From the human T2T-CHM13v2.0 reference genome, Homo sapiens: a DNA stretch of 64,000 nucleotides. A program made the position numbers and the translations under genes. Under the pieces are notes generated by a model, which worked only from the letters and a program-made list of their open reading frames with translations, ran no database searches and was not told where the DNA came from. Of the stretch, positions 52,101 to 64,000 are shown piece by piece (the stretch's first letter is position 1; the number at the start of each line of letters is the position of its first letter). The DNA is taken from the NCBI RefSeq assembly GCF_009914755.1, contig NC_060933.1. The stretch is one strand, 5' to 3'.

Positions 52101-55100
52101 GAGTGGATTGCAATGGAGTGGACTTGAATGAACTGCAGTGGAATAGAGTTGAGTAGAATGGAATAGGGTGGAGTGGACTGGAATGGAGTGGAATGGAATG
52201 GAATGGAGTGGAGTGGATTGGTTTGGAATGACATGGAATTGAATGGAATTGAGTTGAGTGGAGTGGAGTGCAGTGGAATGGAATGCAATGGAGTGAAATG
52301 GAAGGGAATGGAGTTGAATGGAATGGAATGCAATGGATTGGAATTGAATGGAGTCAAGTGAAATGGAATGGAATGAAATGGAGTGAAATGGAAAGCAATG
52401 GAGTGGAATGGATTGGAACGGTATGGAGTGTAGAGCAGTGGAATGGAATGGAATGGAATGCAGTGGAGTGGAGTGATATGGAATGGAATGGAATGGAGTT
52501 GAATAGAATGGAATGGAATGAAATGGAGTGGAACAGAATGGAGAGGAGTAGAACGGAATGGAGTGCAGTGGAATGGAGTGGATGGGAGTGGAAAGGAGTG
52601 GGGTATAGTGGTATGGATTGGAGAGGAGTGGAATGGAATAAGGAGTAATGGAGTGGAGTGGAATGGGATGAAATGCAGTGGAGTGGAATGGAGAGCAGTG
52701 GATTGGAATGGAGTGGAAAGGAGTGGAGTAGAGTGGAATGGAATGCAATGAAATGAATTGGAGTGGAATGAAATGGAATGGAGTGGAATGCAATGGAGTG
52801 GAGTGGAGTGCAATGCTATGGAATGGAATGGAAAGGAATGGAATGGAATGGAATGGATTGGATTGGAGTGGGGTAGAATGGAATGGAGTGGAGTGGAGTG
52901 GAATGGATAGCAATGAAATGGCGTGGAATGGAGTGGAATGGAAAGGAATGGAATGGATTGGAAAGAAATGGAATGGAATGGAATGGAATGGAGTGGAATG
53001 GAATGGAATGGAGTGGAGTGGAATGGAATGGAGTGGAATGGAATGGCTTGGATTGGAGTAGAGTGGAGTGGAGTGGAGTGGAATGGAATGGAATGGAAAG
53101 GAAGAGTGGGGTAGAGTGAAATGGATTGCAATGGAGGGGAATATGTAGAGTGGAATCGTGTGGAGTGCAGTGGAATGGAGGGGAGTTGCGTGGAGTGGAG
53201 TGGAGTGGAATGGATTGGAGTAGAATGGAGTGGAACGGAGTGGATTGGAAAAGAATGGAGTGGAATGGAATGAAATGGATTCGAGGGGAATGCAATAGAA
53301 TGGAGTGGAGTGGAGTGGAGTGGTGTCGAATGGAATTGACTGGAATGGAGAGGAATCAAATAGAATAGAGGGGAATGGAATATAATGGAATGGAGTGGAA
53401 TGGATTTGAGTTGAGAGGAGAGGAGTGGAATGGAGTGGAATGGAGTGGAGTGTAGTGCAATGGAATGGAAAGGAATGGGATGGGAAGGAATGGAATGGAA
53501 TGGAGTGGAATGGAGAAGAGTGTACTGGAGAGGAGTGGAATGGGGTTGAAGGAAGGGACGGAAATAGAATGGAATGGAATGGAATGGACTGAAATGGAAT
53601 GGAGTGGTGAGGAACGGAACGGAATGTAGTGAAATGAAGTGTAGTGGAATGGTGTGGAGGTGAATGGAGTGGAGTGGTGAGGAATGGAGTGGAGTGGAAT
53701 AGAATGGAGTGGAATAGAGAGTAGTGGAATAGAATGGAGTGGAATAGAATGGAGTGGAATGGAATGGAATGGAATGGAATTGGGTGGAGGGGAATGGAAT
53801 GGAATGAAACGGAATGGAATGGAGTGGACGGGAATGGAGTGGAGGCGAATGGAGGGGATTGGAAATTAATGGAGTGGATTGGAATTGAATAGAATGGAGT
53901 GAAGTCGAATGGATTGGAGTGGATCGTAGTGCAGTGTAGTTGAGTGGAGTGGAATGGAATGGAGTGGGGTGGATTGGAGTTGAATTGAACGGAGTGGGGT
54001 GGAGTCGAGTGGACTGCAGTGGAGACGAACGAAGTGGAGTGGAGTGGAATGGAATGGATTGGAATGGAATTCCATTGAGTGGAATGGAATGGAGTGGAGC
54101 AGAATGGCATGGAGTGGAGTGGAACGAAATGGAATGGATTGGAGCAGAGTGCAATGGAATGAAATTGAGTGGAATGGAATGGACTAAAATGTATTGGAAT
54201 GGAGTGGAGTGGATTGGAATGGAGTGGAGTGGATTGGAAGGGAGTGGAGTGGAGTGGAGTGCAATGCAATTAAATGGAATGAATAGTAATGGAATGGAAA
54301 GGACTGGATTGATTTGGACTGCAGTTCAGTGGAATGGACTTGGGTGAAGTGGAAAGGAATGGAATGGAATAGAATGCAGTGTAGTGGAATGGAATGGAAT
54401 GGAAAGGAATGGAATGGAATGGAATTTAATGGAATAGATGGGAATGCATTGGAGTTGGGTGGAATGAAGTGGACTGGAGTGGAATGGAGTGGAGTGGAGA
54501 AGAGTGAACAGGAGAGGATAGGAATGGGGTTGAATGGAATGGGCGGAAGTGGAATGGAATGGAATGGACTGAAATGGAACAGAGTGGTGTGGAATGGAAT
54601 GGAGTGGAGTAGAATGGAGTGGAGTGGAATGGAATTGAACGGAGTGAAGTTGAATAGACTGCAGTGGATAGTAGTGGAGTGCTGTTGAGTGGAGTGCAGT
54701 GGAATGGAATGGAGTGGGGTGTAATGGAGTGGATTGGAGTGGAGTGGAATGAAGTGGAGTGGATTGGAATTGAATGGAGTGGAATGGAAGGCAATCTAGT
54801 GGATTGGAGTGGAGTGGATTGGAATGGAATGGAGTGGAATGGAATGGAGTTGAATGTAGTGGCATGAAGTGGAGTGGAGGGGAATAGAGTGGAGTGGATT
54901 GGCATGCAGGGGAGTGCAGTAGACTGCAATGGAATGAAATGGAATGAATTGTAATGGAAAGCAAGGGACTGGAGTGGTTTGGATTGTAGTGCGGTGGATT
55001 GACATTGGGTGGAGTGCAAAGGAATGGAATGGAAGGGAATGGAGTGGAGTGGAAATGAATGGATTGGAGTGGCATGGAATGGAATGGAATGAAATGGAGA

Positions 55101-55559
55101 GTAGTGGAATGTAATGGAAATACATAGAATGAAATGGAATGGAAGGGAATGGAACGGAATGGAATGGAGTGTAGTGGTGTAGAGTAGAATGAAATGAAGT
55201 GGAGTGGATTGGAATGGAGTTGAGTGGAATGGAATGTAGTGGAACGGAATGGATTGGAGTGGAATGTTGTGGAATAGAATGGCATAGAATTGAGTGTAGT
55301 GGTGTGGAGTCGTTTGGAATGGAATGGAAAGTAGTGGAGTAGAATGGAGTAGAATCGAATTGAATAGAGTGGAGTGCAATATAAAGGAATGGAAGGGAGT
55401 GGAGTAGAAAGGATTGAAATAGAACGGAATGGAATGGAATGGAAAGGAATGGAATGGAATTTAATGGAATGGAGTGTAGTGGAGTAGAGTGGAGTGGAGT
55501 GGATTGAAGTAGAATGTAATGGAGTGGAATGCAGTCGAATGAAGTGGAGTGGAAGGGAA

Positions 55560-57640
55560 TGGAGTAGAGAGCAATGGAAAGGATTCAAGTGGAAGAGAAT
55601 GGAATGGATTGGATGGGAAAGGAATGGAATGGACTAGAATGGAGTGGAGTGGAATGGAATGGAGTGGAGTTGAATGGACTGGAACAGAATGGAGTGTCGT
55701 GGAATACAATGGAATGGAGTGAAAGGGAATGGATTGGAGTGGAATGCAATGTAGTATGAAATGGAATGGAATGGAGTGGAATGGAATGGAGTGGAGTGGA
55801 GTATAATGGAATGGAAAGAAATGGAGAAGAGTGAAATGTAATGGAGTGGTGTGGAGTGGAGTGGAGTGGAATGGAATGAAGTGGAATGGAGTGGAAAGAG
55901 TGGACTGGAATGGAATGGAGTGGAGTGGAATGGAACAGAGTGAAATGGAATGGAACGGAATGAAGTGGAATTGAATGGATTGGAGTGGAATGGAGTGGAG
56001 TGGAATGGAGTGGAGTGGAGTGGAATGGAATGGAATAGAGTATAATGGAGTGGAAAGGAGTGGAGTGGAGTGGAATGGAGTTGAGGGGTGTAGAGTGGAA
56101 TGGAATATAGTGAACGGGAATGGAGTGGAGTGGAATGGAATGGCGTGGAATGCAATGGAACGGAGTGGATTGCAGTGGAAATGAATGGAGGGCAGTGGAG
56201 TGGAGTGGAGTTGAGTGTAATGGAATGAAATGGAATGGAGAGGAGTGAAGTTGAATGGAATGGAATTGAATGGAGTGGAGTGGTGTCGATTGGAGGGGAA
56301 CGGAGTGGAGTGGAGTGGATTGTAGTAGAGTGGAGTGCAATGGAGTGGCATTGAGTGGAATGGAATGGAATGGAATGGAATAGAACACAATACAATGGAG
56401 TGGAATGTTATGGAATGAAAAGTAATTGAATGGAATGGATTGCAGTAGAATGGAATGAAGTGGAGTGGAGTGGAATGGAAAGGAGGAGAGTGGAATGGAT
56501 TTGAGTGGAGTGGAGTGGATTGGAGTCTAATGTAATGGAGTGGAATACAGTGGAATGGAGTGGAGTGGAACGGAATGGAGTTGAGTGGAAAGGAATGGAT
56601 TCGAATGGAATAGAATGGAATGGATTGCAGGGGAATGGAATGGTATGGACTGGAATGGAATAGAGAGGAGTGGAATGGAATGGAGTGGAGTGGAATGGAT
56701 TGGAATAGAATGGAGTGTCATGGAATGGAATGGAATGGACTGGAAGGGAATGGAGTGGAGTGGAATGCAATGGATTAGAATGAAATCGAAAGGAACGAAG
56801 TGGAATGGAATGGAGTGGAGTGGAGTTTAATGGAAGGGAAAGAAATGGTGCAGAGTGTTATGAAATGCAGTTGTGTGGAATGGAGTTGAGTGGAATGGAA
56901 TGAAGTGGAATGGAGTGGAAAGAGTGGAGTGGAATGGAATGGAGTGGAGTGGAATGGAAAAGAGTGAAATGGAACAGAATGGAATGGAGTGGACTTGAAT
57001 GGATTGGAGTGGAATGGCGTTGAGTGGAATGGAGTTGAGTGGAGTGGAATTCAATGGAATAGAGTACAGTGGAGTGGAATGGATTGGAATAGAGTACAAT
57101 AGAGTGGAATGGAGTGGAGTTGAGTGGAAATGAATGGAGGGCAGAGGAATGGAATGGAGTTTAGTGGAATGGAATGAAGTGGAAAGGAGTGGAGTGGAAT
57201 GGAATGGAATTTAGTGGAGTGGATTGGAAATGAATGGAGGTCAGTGGAACGGAGTGGATGTGACTGGAAAGGAATGAAATGGAATGGAGTAGAGTGAAGT
57301 TGAATGGAATGGAATGGGATTGAATTGAATGGAGTGGAGAGGAGTGGTGTCGATTGGAGTGGAACGGAGTGGAGTGGAGTGGAGTGGAATGGAGTGGCAT
57401 TGAGGGGAATGGAATGGAATGGAATGGAATGGAATACAAGAGAATACAATGGAGTGGAAAGTTATGGAATGAAATGGAATTGAACGGAATGGAGTGCAGA
57501 GGAATGGAATGATGTGGAGTGGAATGGAATGGAGTAGAGTGGAATGGATTGGAGTGGAGTGGAATCGAGTGGAATGTAAGGGAACAGAGGGGATTGGAGT
57601 GGAGCACATTGGAGTGGAGGGTTGTGAAAATGAATGAAAT
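55560..57640. repeat. Diverged tandem duplication with a unit of about 1.05 kb
   Basis: Colinear rare anchors: GAGTGTC at 55692/56713, GTGGTGTCGATTGGAG at 56280/57344, and GTGGCATTGAG...AATACAATGGAGTGGAA.GTTATGGAATGAAA at 56345/57394. Boundaries are approximate. Confidence 0.75.
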
Positions 57641-60600
57641 GGAATGGAATGGAAGGGAGAGGAGTGGATTGGAATGGATTGGAAAGAAATGGAGTGAAAT
57701 GTAGTGGACAGGTGTGCAGTGGATTAGAGTGGAGTGGAGTCGACTGGAGTGCAATGGAGTGAAGTGTAATTCAAAGGATTGGATTGCTATGCAACGAAAA
57801 GAAATTGAACGGAATAGAGAGGAGTGGAATGGAGTGGACTGGAATGGAGAGAAGTAGAATGGAGAGGAGTGAAATGGAGTGGAGTGGAATGGAGTAGAGT
57901 GGAATGGAGTGGAGTGGAGAGTAATGGGGTGGATTGGAATGGGTTGGAATGGAATGGAATGGAATGGGTTGTGGTGGAGTGGAATGGAGTGGTGTGGAGT
58001 GGATTGGAGTGGAATCGAATGGAGTGGAGTGGATTGCAGTGGAGTGGAATGAAATGGAATGGAATGGGTTGTGGTGGAGTGGAATGGAGTGGAGTGGAGT
58101 GGATTGGAGTGGAGTGGATTGGAGTGGAATCGAATGGAGTGGAGTGGATTGCAGTGAAGTGGAATGGAATGGAATGGTGTGGAGTGGTATGGAATAGAAT
58201 GGAATAGGATTGAATGGAGTAGTGGATTTGTGTCGAATGGAATGGAATTTAAAGGAATGGAATAGAGAGGAATGGAGTGGAATGGAGTGGTATTTATTGG
58301 AATGGAGTGGAGTAGATTGATGTGGAGTGGCGAGGAAAGGAATGGAGTGGAATTAAGTGGAATGCAGTGGAATGGAATGGAGTGGAGCGGAATGGAGTGG
58401 AATGGAATGGAGTGTAATGGAGTAGAGTGGATTTGTATGTAATGGAGGGGAATGCAACGGAGTGGAATGGAATGGAGTGGAATGGAACAGAGTGGAATGT
58501 AGTGGAAGAAAATGGAATGGAATGGAGTGGAATGGAAAGGAATATAACGGAAAGTATTGGAATGGAATGGAGTTGAATGGAATGGAATTGAGTGGAGTGG
58601 AGTGGAATGAAATGGATTGGAATGGGATGAAATGGAGTGGAGAGAAAGGGAATGGTGTGGAGTGGAATGGAATGGAACAGAGTTGAATGGAATGCAGTGG
58701 AGTGGAATGGAATGGAGAGGCATGGAAGGGATTGGAGTGGAGTGGAAAGGAATGGAGTGTTGTGGAATGGAATGGAATGGAAAGGAATGAAATGAAATGG
58801 AATGGAGTGGAATGTAGGGGAATGGAATGGAATGCAATGGAATGGAGAGGAATGGAAAGGAGTGGAGAGGAGAAGAATGGAATGGAATGCAGTGAACTAG
58901 AGTGAAATGGAGTGCAGAGGAATGGAATGGAGCGGAGTGGAATGGAATGGATTGGAATGGAATGGAATGGAGTGGATTAGAATGGAGACAAGTGGAATGG
59001 AGTGGAGTGGAGTGGAGTGGAAAGGAATGTAGTGGAATGGAGTGGAGTGGAGTGGAATGCATTGGATTGTAATTGAATGGAGTGGAGGAGAATGGAGTGG
59101 ACTGGAGTGGCCTGGAGTGGAGTGGAATATAATGGAATGGTGTGGAGTGGGGTATATTGGAGTGGAGTGGAATGGAATGGATTGTAGTGGAATAGAGTGG
59201 AGGGGAATGGAATGAAATGGAGAGGAGTGGAGTAGAATGGAAAGGAATGGAGTGTAATGGAATGAAATGGAATGAATTGGAGTGGATTGGTGTGGAGTGG
59301 AGGGGAATGGATTGGGATGGAATGGAATGGAATGGAGTGGAATTGAATGGAGTGGAGTGGAATGGATAGAATTGGAGTGGAATGGAATGGAGTGCAGTGC
59401 AATAAAATGTCATGGAGTGGAATTAATTGGAATGAAGTGGAATAGAGTGGATTGTAGTGTAAAGGAGTGGAGTGGAGTGGAACAGAATAGACTGGAGTAA
59501 AAAGGAATGGAGTGGCATGGAAGGGAGTGAAATGAAGATGAGTGGAATGCAATGGACAGGAATGGAATGGAATGGAATGGAGTGGAGTAGAGTGGAATTG
59601 AAGGGAATGGAATGCAATGGAATTGAATGAAATGGAATGGAAAGGAATAGAATGAAATAGAATGGAGTTGAATGGAACGGAATAGAGTGGAATGGAATGG
59701 AATCGCGTGGAATGGAATGGAATGGCATGGAATGGAATGGAATGTAGTGAAATGGGATGGAGTGGAGTGGAGTGGAGTGCAATGGAATGTAAAGGAATGG
59801 AGTGGAGTGGAATGGAGTGAAGTGGAATGTAGCGGAGTGGAATGGAATGGAATGGAGTGCAATGGAGTGGAGTGCAGTGGAGTGGAGTGCAGTGGAGTGG
59901 AGTGGAGTGGAGGGGTGTGCAGTGGAATTGAAATGAGTGTACTGGAATGGAGTGGAGTTGAAAGGAATGGAGTGGAATGGAATGGAATGGAGTGGAGTGG
60001 AAAAGTATGCAGTGGAGTGGATTGGAGTGGAGTTGAGTGGAATGGAATGTAATGGAGTGGAGTGGAGTGGATAACTGTGCACTGGAGTGGATTGGACTTG
60101 AGTTGAATGGAATGGAATGGAGTGGAGTGGAGTAGAGTAGAGTGGAATGGAATGGAATGGAAGAGAAATGAATGTATTGGAGTTGAAATTTATTGAATGG
60201 AATGGAGTTGAATGGAATGGAGTGCAGTGGAATGGAATGGAGTGGAATGGAATAGAATGGAATGGAGTGGATTGTAAAGGATTGAAGTGGAGTGGAGTTT
60301 AGTGGAATGGAATGGAAGGCAACAGAGTGGAGTGGAGTTCAGTGGAGTGGACGGGCGTAGAATGGAATGAAAAGGAATGGAATGGAATGGAATGGAGTGG
60401 AATAGAATGGAATGGAATGGAATGGAATGGAATGGAATGGAATGGAAAGGAATGTAATAGAATGCTGTGGACTGGAGTGCTGTGGAGTGGAGTGGAGTGG
60501 AATGGAGTGGAGTGCAATGGAGTGAAGTGTAATGGAATGGAATGGAGTGGAATGGAGTGAATTGGAAAGGATTGAAGTGGAGTGTAGTGTAGTGGAATGG

Positions 60601-62418
60601 AATGGAAGGGAACAGACTGGAGTGGAGTTCAGTGGAGTAGATGGGAGTAGAATGGATATGAATGGAAGGAATGGAATGGAGTGGAGTGGAGTGGAATGGA
60701 ATGGAATGGAATGGAAAGTGATGTAATGTAATGGAGTGGATTGGAGTGCTGTGGAGTGGAGTGGAGTGCAATGGAGTGAAGTGTAATGGAATGGAATGGA
60801 GTGGAATGGAATGCAATGTAATGGAATGGATTGGAGTGCAATGGAATGGAATGGAGTGGAGTGGAATGGAGTTGAGTGGAATTGAGTGGATTAGGGAGTA
60901 ATGGGGTGGACTGGAATGGAATGAAATGGAATGGACTGCAAATAAATGGAATGGAATGTGGTGGTGTGTAATGGAGTGGAGTGGAGTGCAATGGAATGGA
61001 CAGGAGTGGAGTGCAATGGAATGGAATGGGGTGGAATTGAATGGAATGGAATGGGTGAGTGGAATGGCCTGTGATGTAATGGAGTGTAGTGGAGTGGAAT
61101 GGATTGGAATGGAGTGTAACGGAATTGTGTACAGTGGAGTGTTTCAGAGTAGAAAGGAATGAAATGGAGTGGAATTCAGTGAAGTGGAGTGGAGTGAAGT
61201 GCAGTGGAATGTAACGTAGAAGAATGGAATTGAGTGGAGTGGAATGGAGTGGAATGGAGTGGAGTGGAGTGGAATGCAATGGAAGGGAGTGGAGTGCAAT
61301 GGAATGGAATGGAATGGAAAGGAATAGAATGGAGTGGAATGGAATGGAATGGAGTTGAGTGAATGGAATGCAATGGACTGCAGTGAAATGGAGTGTAGTG
61401 TTGTGGAGTGGAGTGGAATGGAATTGAGGGGAGTGGAGTGGAATGGAATGGAGTGGAGTGGAATGGAGTGCAATGGAATGGAATTGAATGGAATGGACTG
61501 GAATGGAATGGATTGGAATGGAGTGGACTTTAATGGAATGGAGTGGAAGGCAGTGGAATAGAATGGAGTGGAGAGGAATTGAGTGGAGTGGAATTGAAGG
61601 CAGTAGAGTGGCACAGAGCAGAGGGGAGTGGAGTGGAGTGAGTTGAATTGAATGGAATGGTATGAAACGCAATGGCAAGGAATAGAAAGGAATAGAGTGT
61701 AGTTCAGTGAAATAGAGTCGACTGGAATGGAAAGGAGTGGAAAAGAGAGAAAAGTTTTGGAATGGAATGTAATGGTAGGGAGTGGAATGGAACACAGTGG
61801 AGTGGAGTGGAATGCAGTGTACTGGAGTGGAATTGTGTGGAATGGTATGGAGTTGAGTGGAGTGGAATGGAGTGGAGGAGAATGGAGTGTAGTAGAATGG
61901 AATAGGGTGAAATGCTATGGAATGGAATGGAAAGGAGTGGAGGGAGGGGAAAAAATGGAGTGGAGTGGAATGGAATGGAATGGAGTGGAGTGGAGTGGAA
62001 TGGAATGGAGTCGAGTTTAATGCAATGTAGTGGAGAGGAACAGAATGGAGTGTTCTGTAGCGGAAGGAAGTGGAACGGAGTGGAGTGAAGAGAAGTGAAA
62101 TGGAATGGATTGGAGGGGAACATACAGAGTGGAATGGAATGAAATGCCCTGAAGTGGAGTGGAATGGAGTGGAGTGAAGTGGAGTTGAGTGAAGTGGAAT
62201 GGGGTGGAATGGAATGTAGTGGAGTGGAGTGGAATGGAATGTAGTGGAGTGGAGTGGAATGGAATGGAATGGAAAGGAATGGAATGGAATGGAAAGGAAT
62301 AAAGTGGTTTGGGAAGGAATGGATTAGAGTAAAATAGAATGGACTGCATTGGAGTGGAGTGGAATGGATGGCACTGAAGGGGAATGAAATTGTGGAGTGG
62401 AAAGTAGCGGAATGGAAG

Positions 62419-62609
62419 GGGGTGGAGAGGAATGGAATATACTGGAAAGGAATGGAATGGAGAGGAATGGAGTACAGTGGAGTGCAGTGGAGTGGAGTGG
62501 AATGGAATGGAATGGGGTGGAGAGGAATGGAATATACTGGAAAGGAATGGAATGGAGAGGAATGGAGTACAGTGGAGTGCAGTGGAGTGGAGTGGAATGG
62601 AATGGAATG
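62419..62609. repeat. Perfect 95-bp tandem duplication
   Basis: 62419-62513 is identical to 62514-62608, including AATATACTGGAAAGG and AGTACAGTGGAGTGCAGTGG. Confidence 0.92.
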
Positions 62610-64000
62610 CAGTGGAATGGAGTGGAGTGGAATGGAATGGAGTGGCGTGGAAAGGATGGCAATGGAGTGGAGTGGAGCGGAATTGATGGGAGTGGAGTGG
62701 AATGAAATGGACTTATTTGAAAGGAGTGGAATGGAATGGAGTGTAGTGGAAAGGATGGCAGTGGAGTGTAGTGGAGTGGAATTGAATGGAGGGGAGTGGA
62801 ATTAAATGGACTTATTGGAATGGAGTGGCATGGAATGGAGTGGAGTGGAATGGAATGGAATGGAGTGGAGTAAATTGGAGAGGATTGGAGTGGAGTGGAA
62901 TGGAATGGATTGCAGTGGAGGGGAGTGGAATGGAAAGGAGTGTACTGGAATGGAGTGGTGTGGAGTGGAAGGGACTGGAATGGAATGGAGTGGAGTGGAG
63001 AAGAGTGGAGTGGAGTGGGCTGGAATGGAATGGAGTGGAGTGGAGTGGAATAGAAAGGAGTGGAGTTGAATGGAGTGGAGTGGAGTGGAATGGAATGCAG
63101 TGGAGTGGAATGGAGTGGAATGGAATGAAGTGGAGTGGAATGGAATGAAGTGGAGTGGAATAAAATGGAGTGCAATGTAATGGAAGGATTTGAAGGGAGT
63201 GGAATGGAGTGGAGTGGAATGGAGAGGTTTAGAACGGAGTGGAGAGGAGTGGAGTGGAATTGAGTGGTGTTGAGAGGAAAGAAGTGGACTGTAGTGGAAT
63301 AGAAGGAATGGAATACAGTGGAGTGCAGTGGAATTTAGTGGATTGGAATTTAATGGAATGAAGTGGAGTACAGTGGAGTGGAGGGGAGGGGAGTGGAATG
63401 GAATGGAATGCAGTGCATTGGAATGAAGTGGAGTGGAATGGAAGGGATTGGAGTGGAATGGAGTGGAGTGGAGGGCAATGGACTGGAACAGAGTGGAGTG
63501 AAGTGGAGTAGAGTATAGTGGAGGGGAATGGAGTGCAGTGGAGTGAAGTGGAGAGGAATGGAATAGGGTGAATTGGAATGGAATGGAGTAGAATGGAGAA
63601 GAGTTGTGGGGAATGGAATGGAGAGCATTGGAATGGAATGGAATGCAATGGAATGGAGTGGAGTGGAATGGAATGTAGTGGAATGGAATGGAGGAGAAAG
63701 GAATGGAATGGAGTGGAATGGAATGGAATTGAATAGAGTGGAATGGAGTGGAATGGAGTGGACTGGAGTGGAATGGAGTGGAGTGGAGTACAGTGGAATG
63801 GCATGGAGCGGTAGGGAATAGATTGTAATGGAATGGATTGGAGTGGAGTGGAATGGAATGGTATGGAATGGAATGGAGTGGAGTGGAGTGGAGTGGAGAG
63901 AAGTCGAATGCAATGTAGTGGAGTGGAGTGTACAGGAGGGGAGTGGAGTGGAATGGAATGGAATGGAATGGAATGGAATGGAATGGAGTGCAGTGGAATG

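Larger units (their letters stand above)
14647..64000 (+). repeat. Diverged HSat3-related (GGAAT/GGAGT)n pentameric satellite, G-rich strand on +
   Basis: The 5-bp register is kept, with abundant GGAGT units mixed with GGAAT plus many variants (GGATT, GCAAT, GTAGT, AGAAT, GAAAT). The + strand is very C-poor, and I saw no exact CAACCCGAGT. Subfamily and chromosome cannot be assigned by eye. Confidence 0.85.

Noticed and set aside
54063-54076. 14-bp perfect palindrome AATGGAATTCCATT
   Set aside because: A paralog at about 46624 reads AATGGAATGCCATTGA, so one substitution explains it. It is not evidence of an inversion.
1-64000. Assignment to HSat2, DYZ1, telomeric repeat or a specific chromosome
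   Set aside because: The HSat2 pattern (dense CATTCGATTC / GATGATTCC units) is not dominant and there are no TTAGGG arrays. The 3568-bp offset alone does not identify DYZ1, and locus assignment needs a database search.

Overview
The whole 64 kb is pentameric satellite DNA of the human/great-ape Satellite III (HSat3, (GGAAT/ATTCC)n) type. I see no credible gene, RNA gene, transposon, CRISPR array or unique sequence. The ORF track is an artefact: pure GGAAT and ATTCC repeats have no stop codons and translate as (MEWNG)n and (IPFHS)n. The window has three blocks. (1) 1-1785 is canonical HSat3 with the G-rich strand on + and the diagnostic CAACCCGAGT decamer. (2) 1786-14646 is the same type inverted (ATTCC with ACTCGGGTTG), with a distinct TGATTCAATT-rich sub-layer at about 11.4-14.6 kb. 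(3) 14647-64000 is a much more diverged GGAAT/GGAGT mosaic, G-rich on + again, in which I found no exact CAACCCGAGT. The interest is structural: two spacer-less orientation switches, remnants of higher-order periodicity (about 1.6-2.0 kb and about 3.57 kb), repeated duplications of about 350 bp, a candidate old duplication with about 20-kb offset, a few perfect recent tandem duplications, an (ATTAC)n variant array and one apparent template-switch hairpin mutation. I found no evidence for a new protein-coding system. All alignments were done by eye.
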